Assembly (NCBI RefSeq): GCF_009914755.1
Contig: NC_060948.1
Origin: the human T2T-CHM13v2.0 reference genome, Homo sapiens
Direction: 5' to 3' (one strand)
Length of the DNA stretch: 64,000 nucleotides
Below the pieces are notes generated by a model. That model had not been told where the DNA came from, did not search any database, and saw only the letters and a list, made by a program, of their open reading frames with translations. Below, in pieces: positions 15,001-29,900 of the stretch; position 1 is the first letter of the stretch, and every line of letters starts with the position of its first letter. The translations under genes and the position numbers were made by a program.

Positions 15001-15100
15001 GAGTCGAATGAAATGGAATTGAAAAGAATGGGATCGAATACAATGGAATATACTGGAATGTAATGTAATGAACTCGAATGTAATTGACTGGAATGGAATG
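6050..15100 (+). repeat. Paralogous blocks two units apart (offset 7075 bp): ~6.05-8.0 kb versus ~13.1-15.1 kb
   Basis: Shared rare variants: agaaatcaaatg (6082/13157), gagaccgatgg, gcaatgtaatcgact, ctattggaatggaatgtaatgg. The ORF-track offset is constant at 7075 (6159/13234, 6991/14066, 7624/14699). Boundaries are approximate. Confidence 0.7.
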
Positions 15101-18100
15101 TACATGAATGGAATGTAATCGAATAGAAAGTAATCCAATGGAATAGAATGTAAAGCAATAAAATCGACTCAGATAGAGTAGAATGTAATGGAATGGAGTG
15201 TAGTGCAATGGAATGGAATGGAATGGAATGCAATGGAATGGAATGGAATGGAATGGAATGGGATGGAATGGTATGGAATGGATAGTAATGGACTGGAGTG
15301 AAATGGACTGGAAAGGAATGGACTCAAATTGAAAGGGCTCGAAAGGAATGGAGACAAATGGAATGGTCTGGAATGGAATGAACACGAATATAATGCAATC
15401 CAATAGAATGGAGTCGAATGGCAGGGAATATAAAGAAATGGAATCGAAGAGAATGGAAACAAATGGAATGGAATTGAATGGAATGGAATTGAATGGAATG
15501 GGAACGAATGGAGTGAAATTGTATGCAGTAGAAGAGAATAGAATGGAATGCAAGCGAAAGGAAAGGAATGGATTGGAATGGAATGGAATTCATTGGAATG
15601 GAAGGGAATGTAGTGTAATGGACAGGCCTGGAATAAAGTGGAATGCTACGGTCTCGAATGGAATAAAAATGTATGGAATGGAATGCAATGAAACGGAATC
15701 GAATGTCATAGAATGTAATGGAATGCAAAAAAATGGAATCCAAAATCATTGACTGGAAAGGCTGGGTGTCGAAAGGAATTGACTCCAATGGAATGGAATC
15801 GAATGGAATGGAAGTGAATAGAATCAAACTAAATCGAATGGAATGGAATTGATAGGAACGGAATGGAAAGGAATGCAATGATTTGGCATGGAATGGAATC
15901 GAATGGCATCAAATGGAATGGAATGGAATGCAATGGAATGGAATGTATTAGAATATAATGAACTTTAATGGAATGTACTCGAATGGATTCGACTGTAATG
16001 GAATGTTCTGGAAGTGAATGGACTCCAATGGAATGGATTCCAAAGGAATGGAATCGTACGGAATGGAATCTAATGGAATGGAATTAAATGGAAATGAATC
16101 AAATTGAATAGCACGGAATTGAATTGAATGGAATGGAATGCAATGGAATCTAATGAAACGGAAAGGAAAGGAATGCAATGGAATGGAATGGGCTGGAATG
16201 GAAAGGAATCGAAACGAATGGAATGGAATCGAACTGAAGAGACTGGAATGGAAAGCACTGGAATGGAAGGGAGTGTAATGGAAGGTTCTCGAAAAAAATG
16301 GAATCGAATGGAATGGAATTGAATGGAACGGAATAGAGTCGAATGCAATTGAATGGAATGGAATGGACTAGAGTGAAATGGAATCGAACCACAAGGAATG
16401 GACAGGAATAGAATGGTCTCGAATTGAATGTAATCGTATGGAATGGCATCAAACGGAATGGAATGGACAGCCACGGAATGGAATGCACTCGAATGCAATG
16501 GAGTCGAAACTAATGGACTGGAATAGAATGGATTCGACTGGTACGGACTCCAATGGAATGGAATCGAATGGAAGGGAATCGAACGGAATGGACTCGAAGG
16601 GAAAAGACTGCAATGGAAAGGTCTCGAATGGAATGGAAATTAATGGAATGGAATGGAATCGAATGAAATGGAGTCAAAAGGAATGGAATCGAATGGCAAG
16701 AAATCAAATGTAATGGAATCGCAAGGAATTGATGTGAACGGAACGGAATGGAATGGAATCCAAAGGAATGGAATAGAATGGAATGGAATCGAATGGAAAG
16801 GACTCGAATGGAAATCACTCGAATAGAATGCAATTTAATAAAATAGGATCAAATGTAATGGAATGGAATGGAAAGGAATCGAAACGAAAGGAATGGAGAC
16901 CGATGGAATGGAATGGAACAGAGAGCAATGGTATAGAATGGAATGGAATCATCTGGAATGGAATTGAATGGAATGGAATAATATGAAATGGAATGGAATG
17001 GAATGGAATGGAATGCCCTTGAATTAAATGAACTGGAATGGAATGGACTCGAACAGAGTGGAATGGAAAGTGTTGAGATAGAATGGAATGGACTCCTTTG
17101 GAATGGTCTAGCATGCAATGCAATCGACTGGCAGGGAATCAAAAGGAATGTAATCGAATGGATTGGACTGGAATGCAATGGACTCGAATAGATTGGAAAC
17201 GGAATGCAAAGGAATGGAATGGAATAGTATGGAATGGAATGGAAAGGAATGGAGTGGAATAGACTAGAGTGGAATGGAATGGACTCGAAAGCAATGGACT
17301 GGAATGGAACTTTCTTGAATGGACTGGAATCAAACGGAATGGAATGCAATGCAATCAAATGGCATGGAATAAGATAGAATGAAAGAGAATCAAATGGAAT
17401 TGAATGGAATGGAATCGAATGGATTGGAAAGGAATAGAATGGAATGGAATGGAATTGACTCAAATGGAATGGACTAGAATGGAATGGATTCGAATGGAAG
17501 GCAAAGGAATGGAATCTATTGGAATGGACTGTAATGGAATGCAATGAAAGGGATTGGAATGGACTCGAATGGAATGGACTGCAATAGAAAGGATTCGAAT
17601 GGAATGAAAAAGAATTGAATGGAATAGAACAGAATGGAATCAAATCGAATGAAATGGAATGGAATAGAAAGGAATGGAATGAAATGGAATGGAAAGGATT
17701 CGAATGGAATGCAATCGAATGGAATGGAATCGAACGGAATGGAATAAAATGGAAGAAAACTGGCAAGAAATGGAATCGAAATGAATGGAGTGTTATGGAA
17801 TGGACTCAAAAGGAATTGAATGTAATAGAATGGAGTGGAGTGGACTCGAATATAATGGACTGGAATGGAATGAAATCACACGGAATGGGAACGAATGGAA
17901 TGGAATGGAAAGGAATGGAATCGAATGGAAAGGAATCGAATGGAAGGGAATGAAATTGAATCAACAGGAATGGAAGGGAATAGAATAGACGGTAATGGAA
18001 TGGACTCGAATAGAATGGACACGAATGCTCAAATTGAATGGACTTGAATGGAATGGAAACGAAAGGAATGTCATCGAATGGAATTGAATCGATTGGAATG

Positions 18101-21100
18101 AAATCGCATAGAATGGAGTGGAATCAAATGGAATTGAATCGAAAGGAAAGGAAGCGAATGGACTGAAATGAAATGGAATGGAATTGAATGGAAAGTAATG
18201 CAATGGAATAGAATGGAACGAAATTTCACGGAATGGAATCAAACTGAATGGAATCAAATCAATAGAATCAAATCAAATGGAATGGAAAGGAATTGAATGG
18301 AGTAGATTGGATTGGATGGGATTGGAATGAAATGTACTGGAAAGGACTCGAATTTCATGAAACGGAATGGAATGAATTGGAACGGAATGGACTCGAATGG
18401 AATGGAATGTCATGGAATGGCATCAAATGGAATGGCATCAAATGGAATGGAATCGAATGCAATGGAATGCTATGGAATGGAATGGAATGCATTGGAATGG
18501 AATGTCCTCTAATGGAATGGATTCGAGTGGAATGGAATCGAATATAATGGAGTCGAATGAAATGGAATTGAAAAGAATGGGATCGAATACAATGGAATAT
18601 ACTGGAATGAAATGTAATGAACTCGAATGTAATTGACTGGAATGGAATGTACATGAATGGAATGTAATCGAATGGAAAGTAATCCAATGGAATAGAATCT
18701 AATGCAATAAAATCGACTCAGATAGAGTAGAATGTAATGGAATGGAGTGCAGTGCAATGGAATGGAATGGAATGGAATGCAATGGAATGGAATGGAATGG
18801 AATGGAATGGGATGGAATGGTATGGAATGGATAGTAATGGACTGGAGTGAAATGGACTGGAAAGGGATGGACTCAAATTGAAAGGGCTCGAAAGGAATGG
18901 AGACAAATGGAATGGTCTGGAATGGAATGAACACGAATGTAATGCAATCCAATAGAATGGAGTCGAATGGCATGGAATATAAAGAAATGGAATCGAAGAG
19001 AATGGAAACAAATGGAATGGAATTGAATGGAATGGAATTGAATGGAATGGGAACGAATGGAGTGAAATTGTATGCAGTAGAAGAGAATAGAATGGAATGC
19101 AAGCGAAAGGAAAGGAATGGATTGGAATGGAATGGAATTCATTGGAATGGAAGGGAATGTAGTGTAATGGACAGGCCTGGAATAAAGTGGAATGCTACGG
19201 TCTCGAATGGAATAAAAATGTATGGAATGGAATGCAATGAAACGGAATCGAATGTCATAGAATGTAATGGAATGCAAAAAAATGGAATCCAAAATCATTG
19301 ACTGGAAAGGCTGGGTGTCGAAAGGAATTGACTCCAATGGAATGGAATCGAATGGAATGGAAGTGAATAGAATCAAACTAAATCGAATGGAATGGAATTG
19401 ATAGGAACGGAATGGAAAGGAATGCAATGATTTGGCATGGAATGGAACCGAATGGCATCGAATGGAATGGAATGGAATGCAATGGAATGGAATGTATTAG
19501 AATGTAATGAACTTTAATGGAATGTACTCGAATGGATTCGACTGGAATGGAATGTTCTGGAAGTGAATGGACTCCAATGGAATGGATTCAAAAGGAATGC
19601 AATCGTACGGAATGGAATCTAATGGAATGGAATTAAATGGAAATGAATCAAATTGAATAGCACGGAATTGAATTGAATGGAATGGAATGCAATGGAATCT
19701 AATGAAACGGAAAGGAAAGGAATGGAATGGAATGGAATGGGCTGGAATGGAAAGGAATCGAAACGAATGGAATGGAATCGAACTGAAGAGACTGGAATGG
19801 AATGCACTGGAATGGAAGGGAGTGTAATGGAAGGTTCTCGAAAAAAAAGGAATCGAATGGAATGGAATTGAATGGAACGGAATAGAGTCGAATGGAATTG
19901 AATGGAATGGAATGGACTAGAGTGAAATGGAATCGAACCACAAGGAATGGGCAGGAATAGAATGGTCTCGAATTGAATGGAATCGTATGGAATGGCATCA
20001 AACGGAATGGAATGGACAGCCCCGGAATGGAATGCACTCGAATGCAATGGAGTCGAAACTAATGGACTGGAATAGAATGGACTCGACTGGTACGGACTCC
20101 AATGGAATGGAATCGAATGGAAGGGAATCGAACGGAATGGACTCGAAGGGAAAAGACTGCAATGGAAAGGTCTCGAATGGAATGGAAATTAATGGAATGG
20201 AATGGAATCGAATGAAATGGAGTCAAAAGGAATGGAATCGAAGGGCAAGAAATCGAATGTAATGGAATCGCAAGGAATTGATGTGAACGGAATGGAATGG
20301 AATGGAATCCAAAGGAATGGAATAGAATGGAATGGAATCGAATGGAAAGGACTCGAATGGAAATCACTCGAATAGAATGCAATTTAATAAAATAGGATCA
20401 AATGTAATGGAATGGAATGGAAAGGAATCGAAACGAAAGGAATGGAGACAGATGGAATGGAATGGAACAGAGAGCAATGGTATAGAATGGAATGGAATCA
20501 TCTGGAATGGAATTGAATGGAATGGAATAATATGAAATGGAATGGAATGGAATGGAATGGAATGCCCTTGAATTAAATGGACTGGAATGGAATGGACTCG
20601 AACAGAGTGGAATGGAAAGTGTTGAGATAGAATGGAATGGACTCCTTTGGAATGGTGTAGTATGCAATGCAATCGACTGGCAGGGAATCAAAAGGAATGT
20701 AATGGAATGGATTGGACTGGAATGCAATGGACTCGAATAGATTGGAAACGGAATGCAAAGGAATGGAATGGAATAGGATGGAATGGAATGGAAAGGAATG
20801 GAGTGGAATAGACTAGAGTGGAATGGAATGGACTGGAAAGCAATGGACTGGAATGGAACTTTCTTGAATGGACTGGAATCAAACGGAATAGAATGCAATG
20901 CAATCAAATGGCATGGAATAAAATAGAATGAAAGAGAATCAAATGGAATTGAATCGAATGGAATCGAATGGATTGGAAAGGAATAGAATGGAATGGAATG
21001 GAATTGTCTCAAATGGAATGGATTCGAATGGAATGGATTCGAATGGAAGGCAAAGGAATGGAATCTATTGGAATGGACTGTAATGGAATGGAATGGAATG

Positions 21101-23949
21101 GAATGGAAAGGATTGGAATGGACTCGAATGGAATGGACTGCAATAGAAAGGATTCGAATGGAATTAAAAAGAATTGAATGGAATAGAACAGAATGGAATC
21201 AAATCGAATGAAATGGAATGGAATAGAAAGGAATGGAATGAAATGGAATGGAAAGGATTCGAATGGAATGCAATCGAATGGAATGGAATCGAACAGAATG
21301 GAATAAAATGGAAGAAAACTGGCAAGAAATGGAATCGAAATGAATGGAGTGTTATGGAACGGACTCAAAAGGAATTGAATGTAATAGAATGGAGTGGAGT
21401 GGACTCGAATATAATGGACTGGAATGGAATGAAATCACATGGAATGGGAACGAATGGAATGGAATGGAAAGGAATGGAATCGAATGGAAAGGAATCGAAT
21501 GGAAGGGAATGAAATTGAATCAACAGGAATGGAAGGGAATAGAATAGACGGTAATGGAATGGACTCGAATAGAATGGACACGAATGCTCAAATTGAATGG
21601 ACTCGAATGGAATGGAAACGAAAGGAATGTCATCGAATGGAATTGAATGGATTGGAATGAAATCGCATAGAATGGAGTGGAATCAAATGGAATTGAATCG
21701 AAAGGAAAGGAAGCGAATGGACTGAAATGAAATGGAATGGAATTGAATGGAAAGTAATGCAATGGAATAGAATGGAAGGAAATTTCACGGAATGGAATCA
21801 AACTGAATGGAATCAAATCAATGGAATCTAATCAAATGGAATGGAAAGGAATTGAATGGAGTAGATTGGATTGGATGGGATTGGAATGAAATGTACTGGA
21901 AAGGACTCGAATTTCATGAAACGGAATGGAATGAATTGGAACGGAATGGACTCGAATGGAATGGAATGTCATGGAATGGCATCAAATGGAATGGCATCAA
22001 ATGGAATGGAATCGAATGCAATGGAATGCTATGGAATGGAATGGAATGCATTGGAATGGAATGTCCTCTAATGGAATGGATTCGAGTGGAATGGAATCGA
22101 ATATAATGGAGTCGAATGAAATGGAATTGAAAGGAATGGGATCGAATAGAATGGAATATACTGGAATGTAATGTAATGAACTCGAATGTAATTGACTGGA
22201 ATGGAATGTACATGAATGGAATGTAATCGAATGGAAAGTAATCCAATGGAATAGAATCTAATGCAATAAAATCGACTCAGATAGAGTAGAATGTAATGGA
22301 ATGGAGTGCAGTGCAATGGAATGGAATGGAATGGAATGCAATTGAATGGAATGGAATGGAATGGAATGGAATGGAATGGAATGGAATGGGATGGAATGGT
22401 ATGGAATGGATAGTAATGGACTGGAGTGAAATGGACTGGAAAGGAATGGACTCAAATTGAAAGGGCTCGAAAGGAATGGAGTCAAATGGAATGGTCTGGA
22501 ATGGAATGAACACGAATGTAATGCAATCCAATAGAATGGAATCGAATGGCATGGAATATAAAGAAATGGAATCGAAGAGAATGGAAACAAATGGAATGGA
22601 AGTGAATGGAATGGAATTGAATGGAATGGGAACGAATGGAGTGAAATTGTATGCAGTAGAAGAGAATAGAATGGAATGCAAGCGAAAGGAAAGGAATGGA
22701 TTGGAATGGAATGGAATTCATTGGAATGGAAGGGAATGTAGTGTAATGGACAGGCCTGGAATAAAGTGGAATGCTACGGTCTCGAATGGAATAAAAATGT
22801 ATGGAATGGAATGCAATGAAACGGAATCGAATGTCATAGAATGTAATGGAATGCAAAAAAATGGAATCCAAAATCATTGACTGGAAAGGCTGGGTGTCGA
22901 AAGGAATTGACTCCAATGGAATGGAATCGAATGGAATGGAAGTGAATAGAATCGAACTAAATCGAATGGAATGGAATTGATAGGAACGGAATGGAAAAGA
23001 ATGCAATGATTTGGCATGGAATGGAATCGAATGGCATCGAATGGAATGGAATGGAATGCAATGGAATGGAATGTATTAGAATGTAATGAACTTTAATGGA
23101 ATGTACTCGAATGGATTCGACTGGAATGGAATGTTCTGGAAGTGAATGGACTCCAATGGAATGGATTCAAAAGGAATGGAATCGTACGGAATGGAAACTA
23201 ATGGAATGGAATTAAATGGAAATGAATCAAATTGAATAGCACGGAATTGAATTGAATGGAATCGAATGCAATGGAATCTAATGAAACGGAAAGGAAAGGA
23301 ATGGAATGGAATGGAATGGGCTGGAATGGAACGGAATCGAAACGAATGGAATGGAATCGAACTGAAGAGACTGGAATGGAATGCACTGGAATGGAAGGGA
23401 GTGTAATGGAAGGTTCTCGAAAAAAATGGAATTGAATGGAATGGAATTGAATGGAACGGAATAGAGTCGAATGGAATTGAATGGAATGGAATGGACTAGA
23501 GTGAAATGGAATCGAACCACAAGGAATGGACAGGAATAGAATGGTCTCGAATTGAATGGAATCGTATGGAATGGCATCAAACGGAATGGAATGGACAGCC
23601 ACGGAATGGAATGCACTCGAATGCAATGGAGTCGAAACTAAAGGACTGGAATAGAATGGACTCGACTGGTACGGACTCCAATGGAATGGAATCGAATGGA
23701 AGGGAATCGATCGGAATGGACTCGAAGGGAAAAGACTGCAATGGAAAGGTCTCGAATGGAATGGAAATTAATGGAATGGAATGGAATCGAATGAAATGGA
23801 GTCAAAAGGAATGGAATCGAATGGCAAGAAATCGAATGTAATGGAATCGCAAGGAATTGATGTGAACGGAACGGAAAGGAATGGAATCCAAAGGAATGGA
23901 ATAGAATGGAATGGAATCGAATGGAAAGGACTCGAATGGAAATCACTCG

Positions 23950-26900
23950 AATAGAATGCAATTTAATAAAATAGGATCAAATGTAATGGAATGGAATGGA
24001 AAGGAATCGAATCGAAAGGAATGGAGACAGATGGAATGGAATGGAACAGAGAGCAATGGTATAGAATGGAATGGAATCATCTGGAATGGAATTGAATGGA
24101 ATGGAATAATATGAAATGGAATGGAATGGAATGGAATCGAATGCCCTTGAATTAAATGGACTGGAATGGAATGGACTCGAACAGAGTGGAATGGAAAGTG
24201 TTGAAATAGAATGGAATGGACTCCTTTGGAATGGTCTAGTATGCAATGCAATCGACTGGCAGGGAATCAAAAGGAATGTAATGGAATGGGTTGGACTGGA
24301 ATGCAATGGACTCGAATAGATTGGAAACGGAATACAAAGGAATGGAATGGAATAGTATGGAATGGAATGGAAAGGAATGGAGTGGAATAGACTAGAGTGG
24401 AATGGAATGGACTGGAAAGCAATGGACTGGAATGGAACTTTCTTGAATGGACTGGAATCAAACGGAATGGAATGCACTGCAATCAAATGGCATGGAATAA
24501 AATAGAATGAAAGAGAATCAAATGGAATTGAATCGAATGGAATCGAATGGATTGGAAAGGAATAGAATGGAATGGAATGGAATTGACTCAAATGGAATGG
24601 ACTAGAATGGAATGGATTCGAATGGAAGGCAAAGGAATGGAATCTATTGGAATGGACTGTAATGGAATGGAATGGAAGGGATTGGAATGGACTCGAATGG
24701 AATGGACTGCAATAGAAAGGATTCGAATGGAATGAAAAAGAATTGAATGGAATAGAACAGAATGGAATCAAATCGAATGAAATGGAATGGAATAGAAAGG
24801 AATGGAATGAAATGGAATGGAAAGGATTCGAATGGAATGCAATCGAATGGAATGGAATCGAACGGAATGGAATAAAATGGAAGAAAACTGGCAAGAAATG
24901 GAATCGAAATGAATGGAGTGTTATGGAACGGACTCAAAAGGAATTGAATGTAATAGAATGGAGTGGAGTGGACTCGAATATAATGGACTGGAATGGAATG
25001 AAATCACATGGAATGGGAACGAATGGAATGGAATGGAAAGGAATGGAATCGAATGGAAAGGAATCGAATGGAAGGGAATGAAATTGAATCAACAGGAATG
25101 GAAGGGAATAGAATAGACGGTAATGGAATGGACTCGAATAGAATGGACACGAATGCTCAAATTGAATGGACTCGAATGGAATGGAAACGAAAGGAACGTC
25201 ATCGAATGGAATTGAATCGATTGGAATGAAATCGCATAGAATGGAGTGGAATCAAATGGAATTGAATCGAAAGGAAAGGAAGCGAATGGACTGAAATGAA
25301 ATGGAATGGAATTGAATGGAAAGTAATGCAATGGAATAGAATGGAACGAAATTTCACGGAATGGAATCAAACTGAATGGAATCAAGTCAATGGAATCAAA
25401 TCAAATGGAATGGAAAGGAATTGAATGGAGTAGATTGGATTGGATGGGATTGGAATGAAATGTACTGGAAAGGACTCGAATTTCATGAAACGGAATGGAA
25501 TGAATTGGAACGGAATGGACTCGAATGGAATGGAATGTCATGGAATGGCATCAAATGGAATGGCATCAAATGGAATGGAATCGAATGCAATGGAATGCTA
25601 TGGAATGGAATGGAATGCATTGGAATGGAATGTCCTCTAATGGAATGGATTCGAGTGGAATGGAATCGAATATAATGGAGTCGAATGAAATGGAATTGAA
25701 AGGAATGGGATCGAATAGAATGGAATATACTGGAATGTAATGTAATGAACTCGAATGTAATTGACTGGAATGGAATGTACATGAATGGAATGTAATCGAA
25801 TGGAAAGTAATCCAATGGAATAGAATCTAATGCAATAAAATCGACTCAGATAGAGTAGAATGTAATGGAATGGAGTGCAGTGCAATGGAATGGAATGGAA
25901 TGGAATGCAATGGAATGGAAGGCAATGGAATGGAATGGAATGGAATGGAATGGAATGGGATGGAATGGTATGGAATGGATAGTAATGGACTGGAGTGAAA
26001 TGGACTGGAAAGGAATGGACTCAAATTGAAAGGGCTCGAAAGGAATGGAGTCAAATGGAATGGTCTGGAATGGAATGAACACGAATGTAATGCAATCCAA
26101 TAGAATGGAATCGAATGGCATGGAATATAAATAAATGGAATCGAAGAGAATGGAAACAAATGGAATGGAATTGAATGGAATGGAATTGAATGGAATGGGA
26201 ACGAATGGAGTGAAATTGTATGCAGTAGAAGAGAATAGAATGGAATGCAAGCGAAAGGAAAGGAATGGATTGGAATGGAATGGAATTCATTGGAATGGAA
26301 GGGAATGTAGTGTAATGGACAGGCCTGGAATAAAGTGGAATGCTACGGTCTCGAATGGAATAAAAATGTATGGAATGGAATGCAATGAAACGGAATCGAA
26401 TGTCATAGAATGTAATGGAATGCAAAAAATGGAATCCAAAGTCATTGACTGGAAAGGCTGGGTGTCGAAAGGAATTGACTCCAATGGAATGGAATCGAAT
26501 GGAATGGAAGTGAATAGAATCGAACTAAATCGAATGGAATGGAATTGATAGGAACGGAATGGAAAGGAATGCAATGATTTGGCATGGAATGGAATCGAAT
26601 GGCATCGAATGGAATGGAATGGAATGCAATGGAATGGAATGTGTTAGAATGTAATGAACTTTAATGGAATGTACTCGAATGGATTCGACTGGAATGGAAT
26701 GTTCTGGAAGTGAATGGACTCCAATGGAATGGATTCAAAAGGAATGGAATCGTGCGGAATGGAATCTAATGGAATGGAATTAAATGGAAATGAATCAAAT
26801 GGAATAGCACGGAATTGAATTGAATGGAATGGAATGCAATGGAATCTAATGAAACGGAAAGGAAAGGAATGGAATGGAATGGAATGGGCTGGAATGGAAA

Positions 26901-29900
26901 GGAATCGAAATGAATGGAATGGAATCGAACTGAAGAGACTGGAATGGAATGCACTGGAATGGAAGGAAGTGTAATGGAAGGTTCTCGAAAAAAATGGAAT
27001 CGAATGGAATGGAATTGAATGGAACGGAATAGAGTCGAATGGAATTGAATGGAATGGAATGGACTAGAGTGAAATGGAATAGAACCACAAGGAATGGACA
27101 GGAATAGAATGGTCTCGAATTGAATGGAATCGTATGGAATGGCATCAAACGGAATGGAATGGATAGCCACGGAATGGAATGCACTCGAATGCAATGGAGT
27201 CGAAACTAATGGACTGGAATAGAATGGACTCGACTGGTACGGACTCCAATGGAATGGAATCGAATGGAAGGGAATCGAATGGAATGGACTCGAAGGGAAA
27301 AGACTGCAATGGAAAGGTCTCGAATGGAATGGAAATTAATGGAATGGAATGGAATCGAATGAAATGGAGTCAAAAGGAATGGAATCGAATGGCAAGAAAT
27401 CGAATGTAATGGAATCGCAAGGAATTGATGTGAACGGAACGGAATGGAATGGAATCCAAAGGAATGGAATAGAATGGAATGGAATCGAATGGAAAGGACT
27501 CGAATGGAAATCACTCGAATAGAATGCAATTTAATAAAATAGGATCAAATGTAATGGAATGGAATGGAAAGGAATCGAAACGAAAGGAATGGAGACAGAT
27601 GGAATGGAATGGAACAGAGAGCAATGGTATAGAATGGAATGGAATCATCTGGAATGGAATTGAATGGAATGGAATAATATGAAATGGAATGGAATGGAAT
27701 GGAATGGAATGGAATGCCCTTGAATTAAATGGACTGGAATGGAGTGGCCTCGAACAGAGTGGAATGGAAAGTGTTGAGACAGAATGCAATGGACTCCTTC
27801 GGAATGGTGTAGTATGCAATGCAATCGACTGGCAGGGAATCAAAAGGAATGTAATCGAATGGATTGGACTGGAATGCAATGGACTCGAATAGATTGGAAA
27901 CGGAATGCAAAGGAATGGAATGGAATAGTATGGAATGGAATGGAAAGGAATGGAGTGGAATAGACTAGAGTGGAATGGAATGGACTGGAAAGCAATGGAC
28001 TGGAATGGAAGTTTCTTGAATGGACTGGAATCAAACGGAATGGAATGCAATGCAATCAAATGGCATGGAATAAAATAGAATGAAAGAGAATCAAATGGAA
28101 TTGAATCGAATGGAATCGAATGGATTGGAAAGGAATAGAATGGAATGGAATGGAATTGACTCGAATGGAATGGACTAGAATGGAATGGATTCGAATGGAA
28201 GGCAAAGGAATGGAATCTATTGGAATGGACTGTAATGGAATGGAATGGAAGGGATTGGAATGGACTCGAATGGAATGGACTGCAATAGAAAGGATTCGAA
28301 TGGAATGAAAAAGAATTGAATGGAATAGAACAGAATGGAATCAAATCGAATGAAATGGAATGGAATAGAAAGGAATGGAATGAAATGGAATGGAAAGGAT
28401 TCGAATGGAATGCAATCGAATGGAATGGAATCGAACGGAATGGAATAAAATGGAAGAAAACTGGCAAGAAATGGAATCGAAATGAATGGAGTGTTATGGA
28501 ACGGACTCAAAAGGAATTGAATGTAATAGAATGGAGTGGAGTGGACTCGAATATAATGGACTGGAATGGAATGAAATCACATGGAATGGGAACGAATGGA
28601 ATGGAATGGAAAGGAATGGAATCGAATGGAAAGGAATCGAATGGAAGGGAATGAAATTGAATCAACAGGAATGGAAGGGAATAGAATAGACGGTAATGGA
28701 ATGGACTCGAATAGAATGGACACGAATGCTCAAATTGAATGGACTCCAATGCAATGGAAACGAAAGGAATGTCATCGAATGGAATTGAATCGATTGGAAT
28801 GAAATCGCAAGAATGGAGTGGAATCAAATGAAATTGAATCGAAAGGAAAGGAAGCGAATGGACTGAAATGAAATGGAATGGAATTGAATGGAAAGTAATG
28901 CAATGGAATAGAATGGAACGAAATTTCACGGAATGGAATCAAACTGAAAGGAATCAAATCAATGGAATCTAATCAAATGGAATGGAAAGGAATTGAATGG
29001 AGTAGATTGGATTGGATGGGATTGGAGTGAAATGTACTGGAAAGGACTCGAATTTCATGAAACGGAATGGAATGAATTGGAACGGAATGGACTCGAATGG
29101 AATGGAATGTCATGGAATGGCATCAAATGGAATGGCATCAAATGGAATGGAATCGAATGCAATGGAATGCTATGGAATGGAATGGAATGCATTGGAATGG
29201 AATGTCCTCTAATGGAATGGATTCGAGTGGAATGGAATCGAATATAATGGAGTCGAATGAAATGGAATTGAAAGGAATGGGATCGAATACAATGGAATAT
29301 ACTGGAATGTAATGTAATGAACTCGAATGTAATTGACTGGAATGGAATGTACATGAATGGAATGTAATCGAATGGAAAGTAATCCAATGGAATAGAATCT
29401 AATGCAATAAAATCGACTCAGATAGAGTAGAATGTAATGGAATGGAGTGCAGTGGAAAGGAATGGAATGGAATGGAATGCAATGGAATGGAATGGAATGG
29501 AATGGAATGGGATGGAATGGTATGGAATGGATAGTAATGGACTGGAGTGAAATGGACTGGAAAGGAATGGACTCAAATTGAAAGGGCTCGAAAGGAATGG
29601 AGTCAAATGGAATGGTCTGGAATGGAATGAACACGAATGTAATGCAATCCAATAGAATGGAATCGAATGGCATGGAATATAAATAAATGGAATCGAAGAG
29701 AATGGAAACAAATGGAATGGAATTGAATGGAATGGAATTGAATGGAATGGGAACGAATGGAGTGAAATTGTATGCAGTAGAAGAGAATAGAATGGAATGC
29801 AAGCGAAAGGAAAGGAATGGATTGGAATGGAATGGAATTCATTGGAATGGAAGGGAATGTAGTGTAATGGACAGGCCTGGAATAAAGTGGAATGCTACGG

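Noticed and set aside
27511-28467. Longest minus-strand ORF (318 aa) and its ~300 aa paralogues
   Set aside because: Low-complexity satellite translation. Its length changes with slippage at the pentamer tract, so there is no frame conservation.
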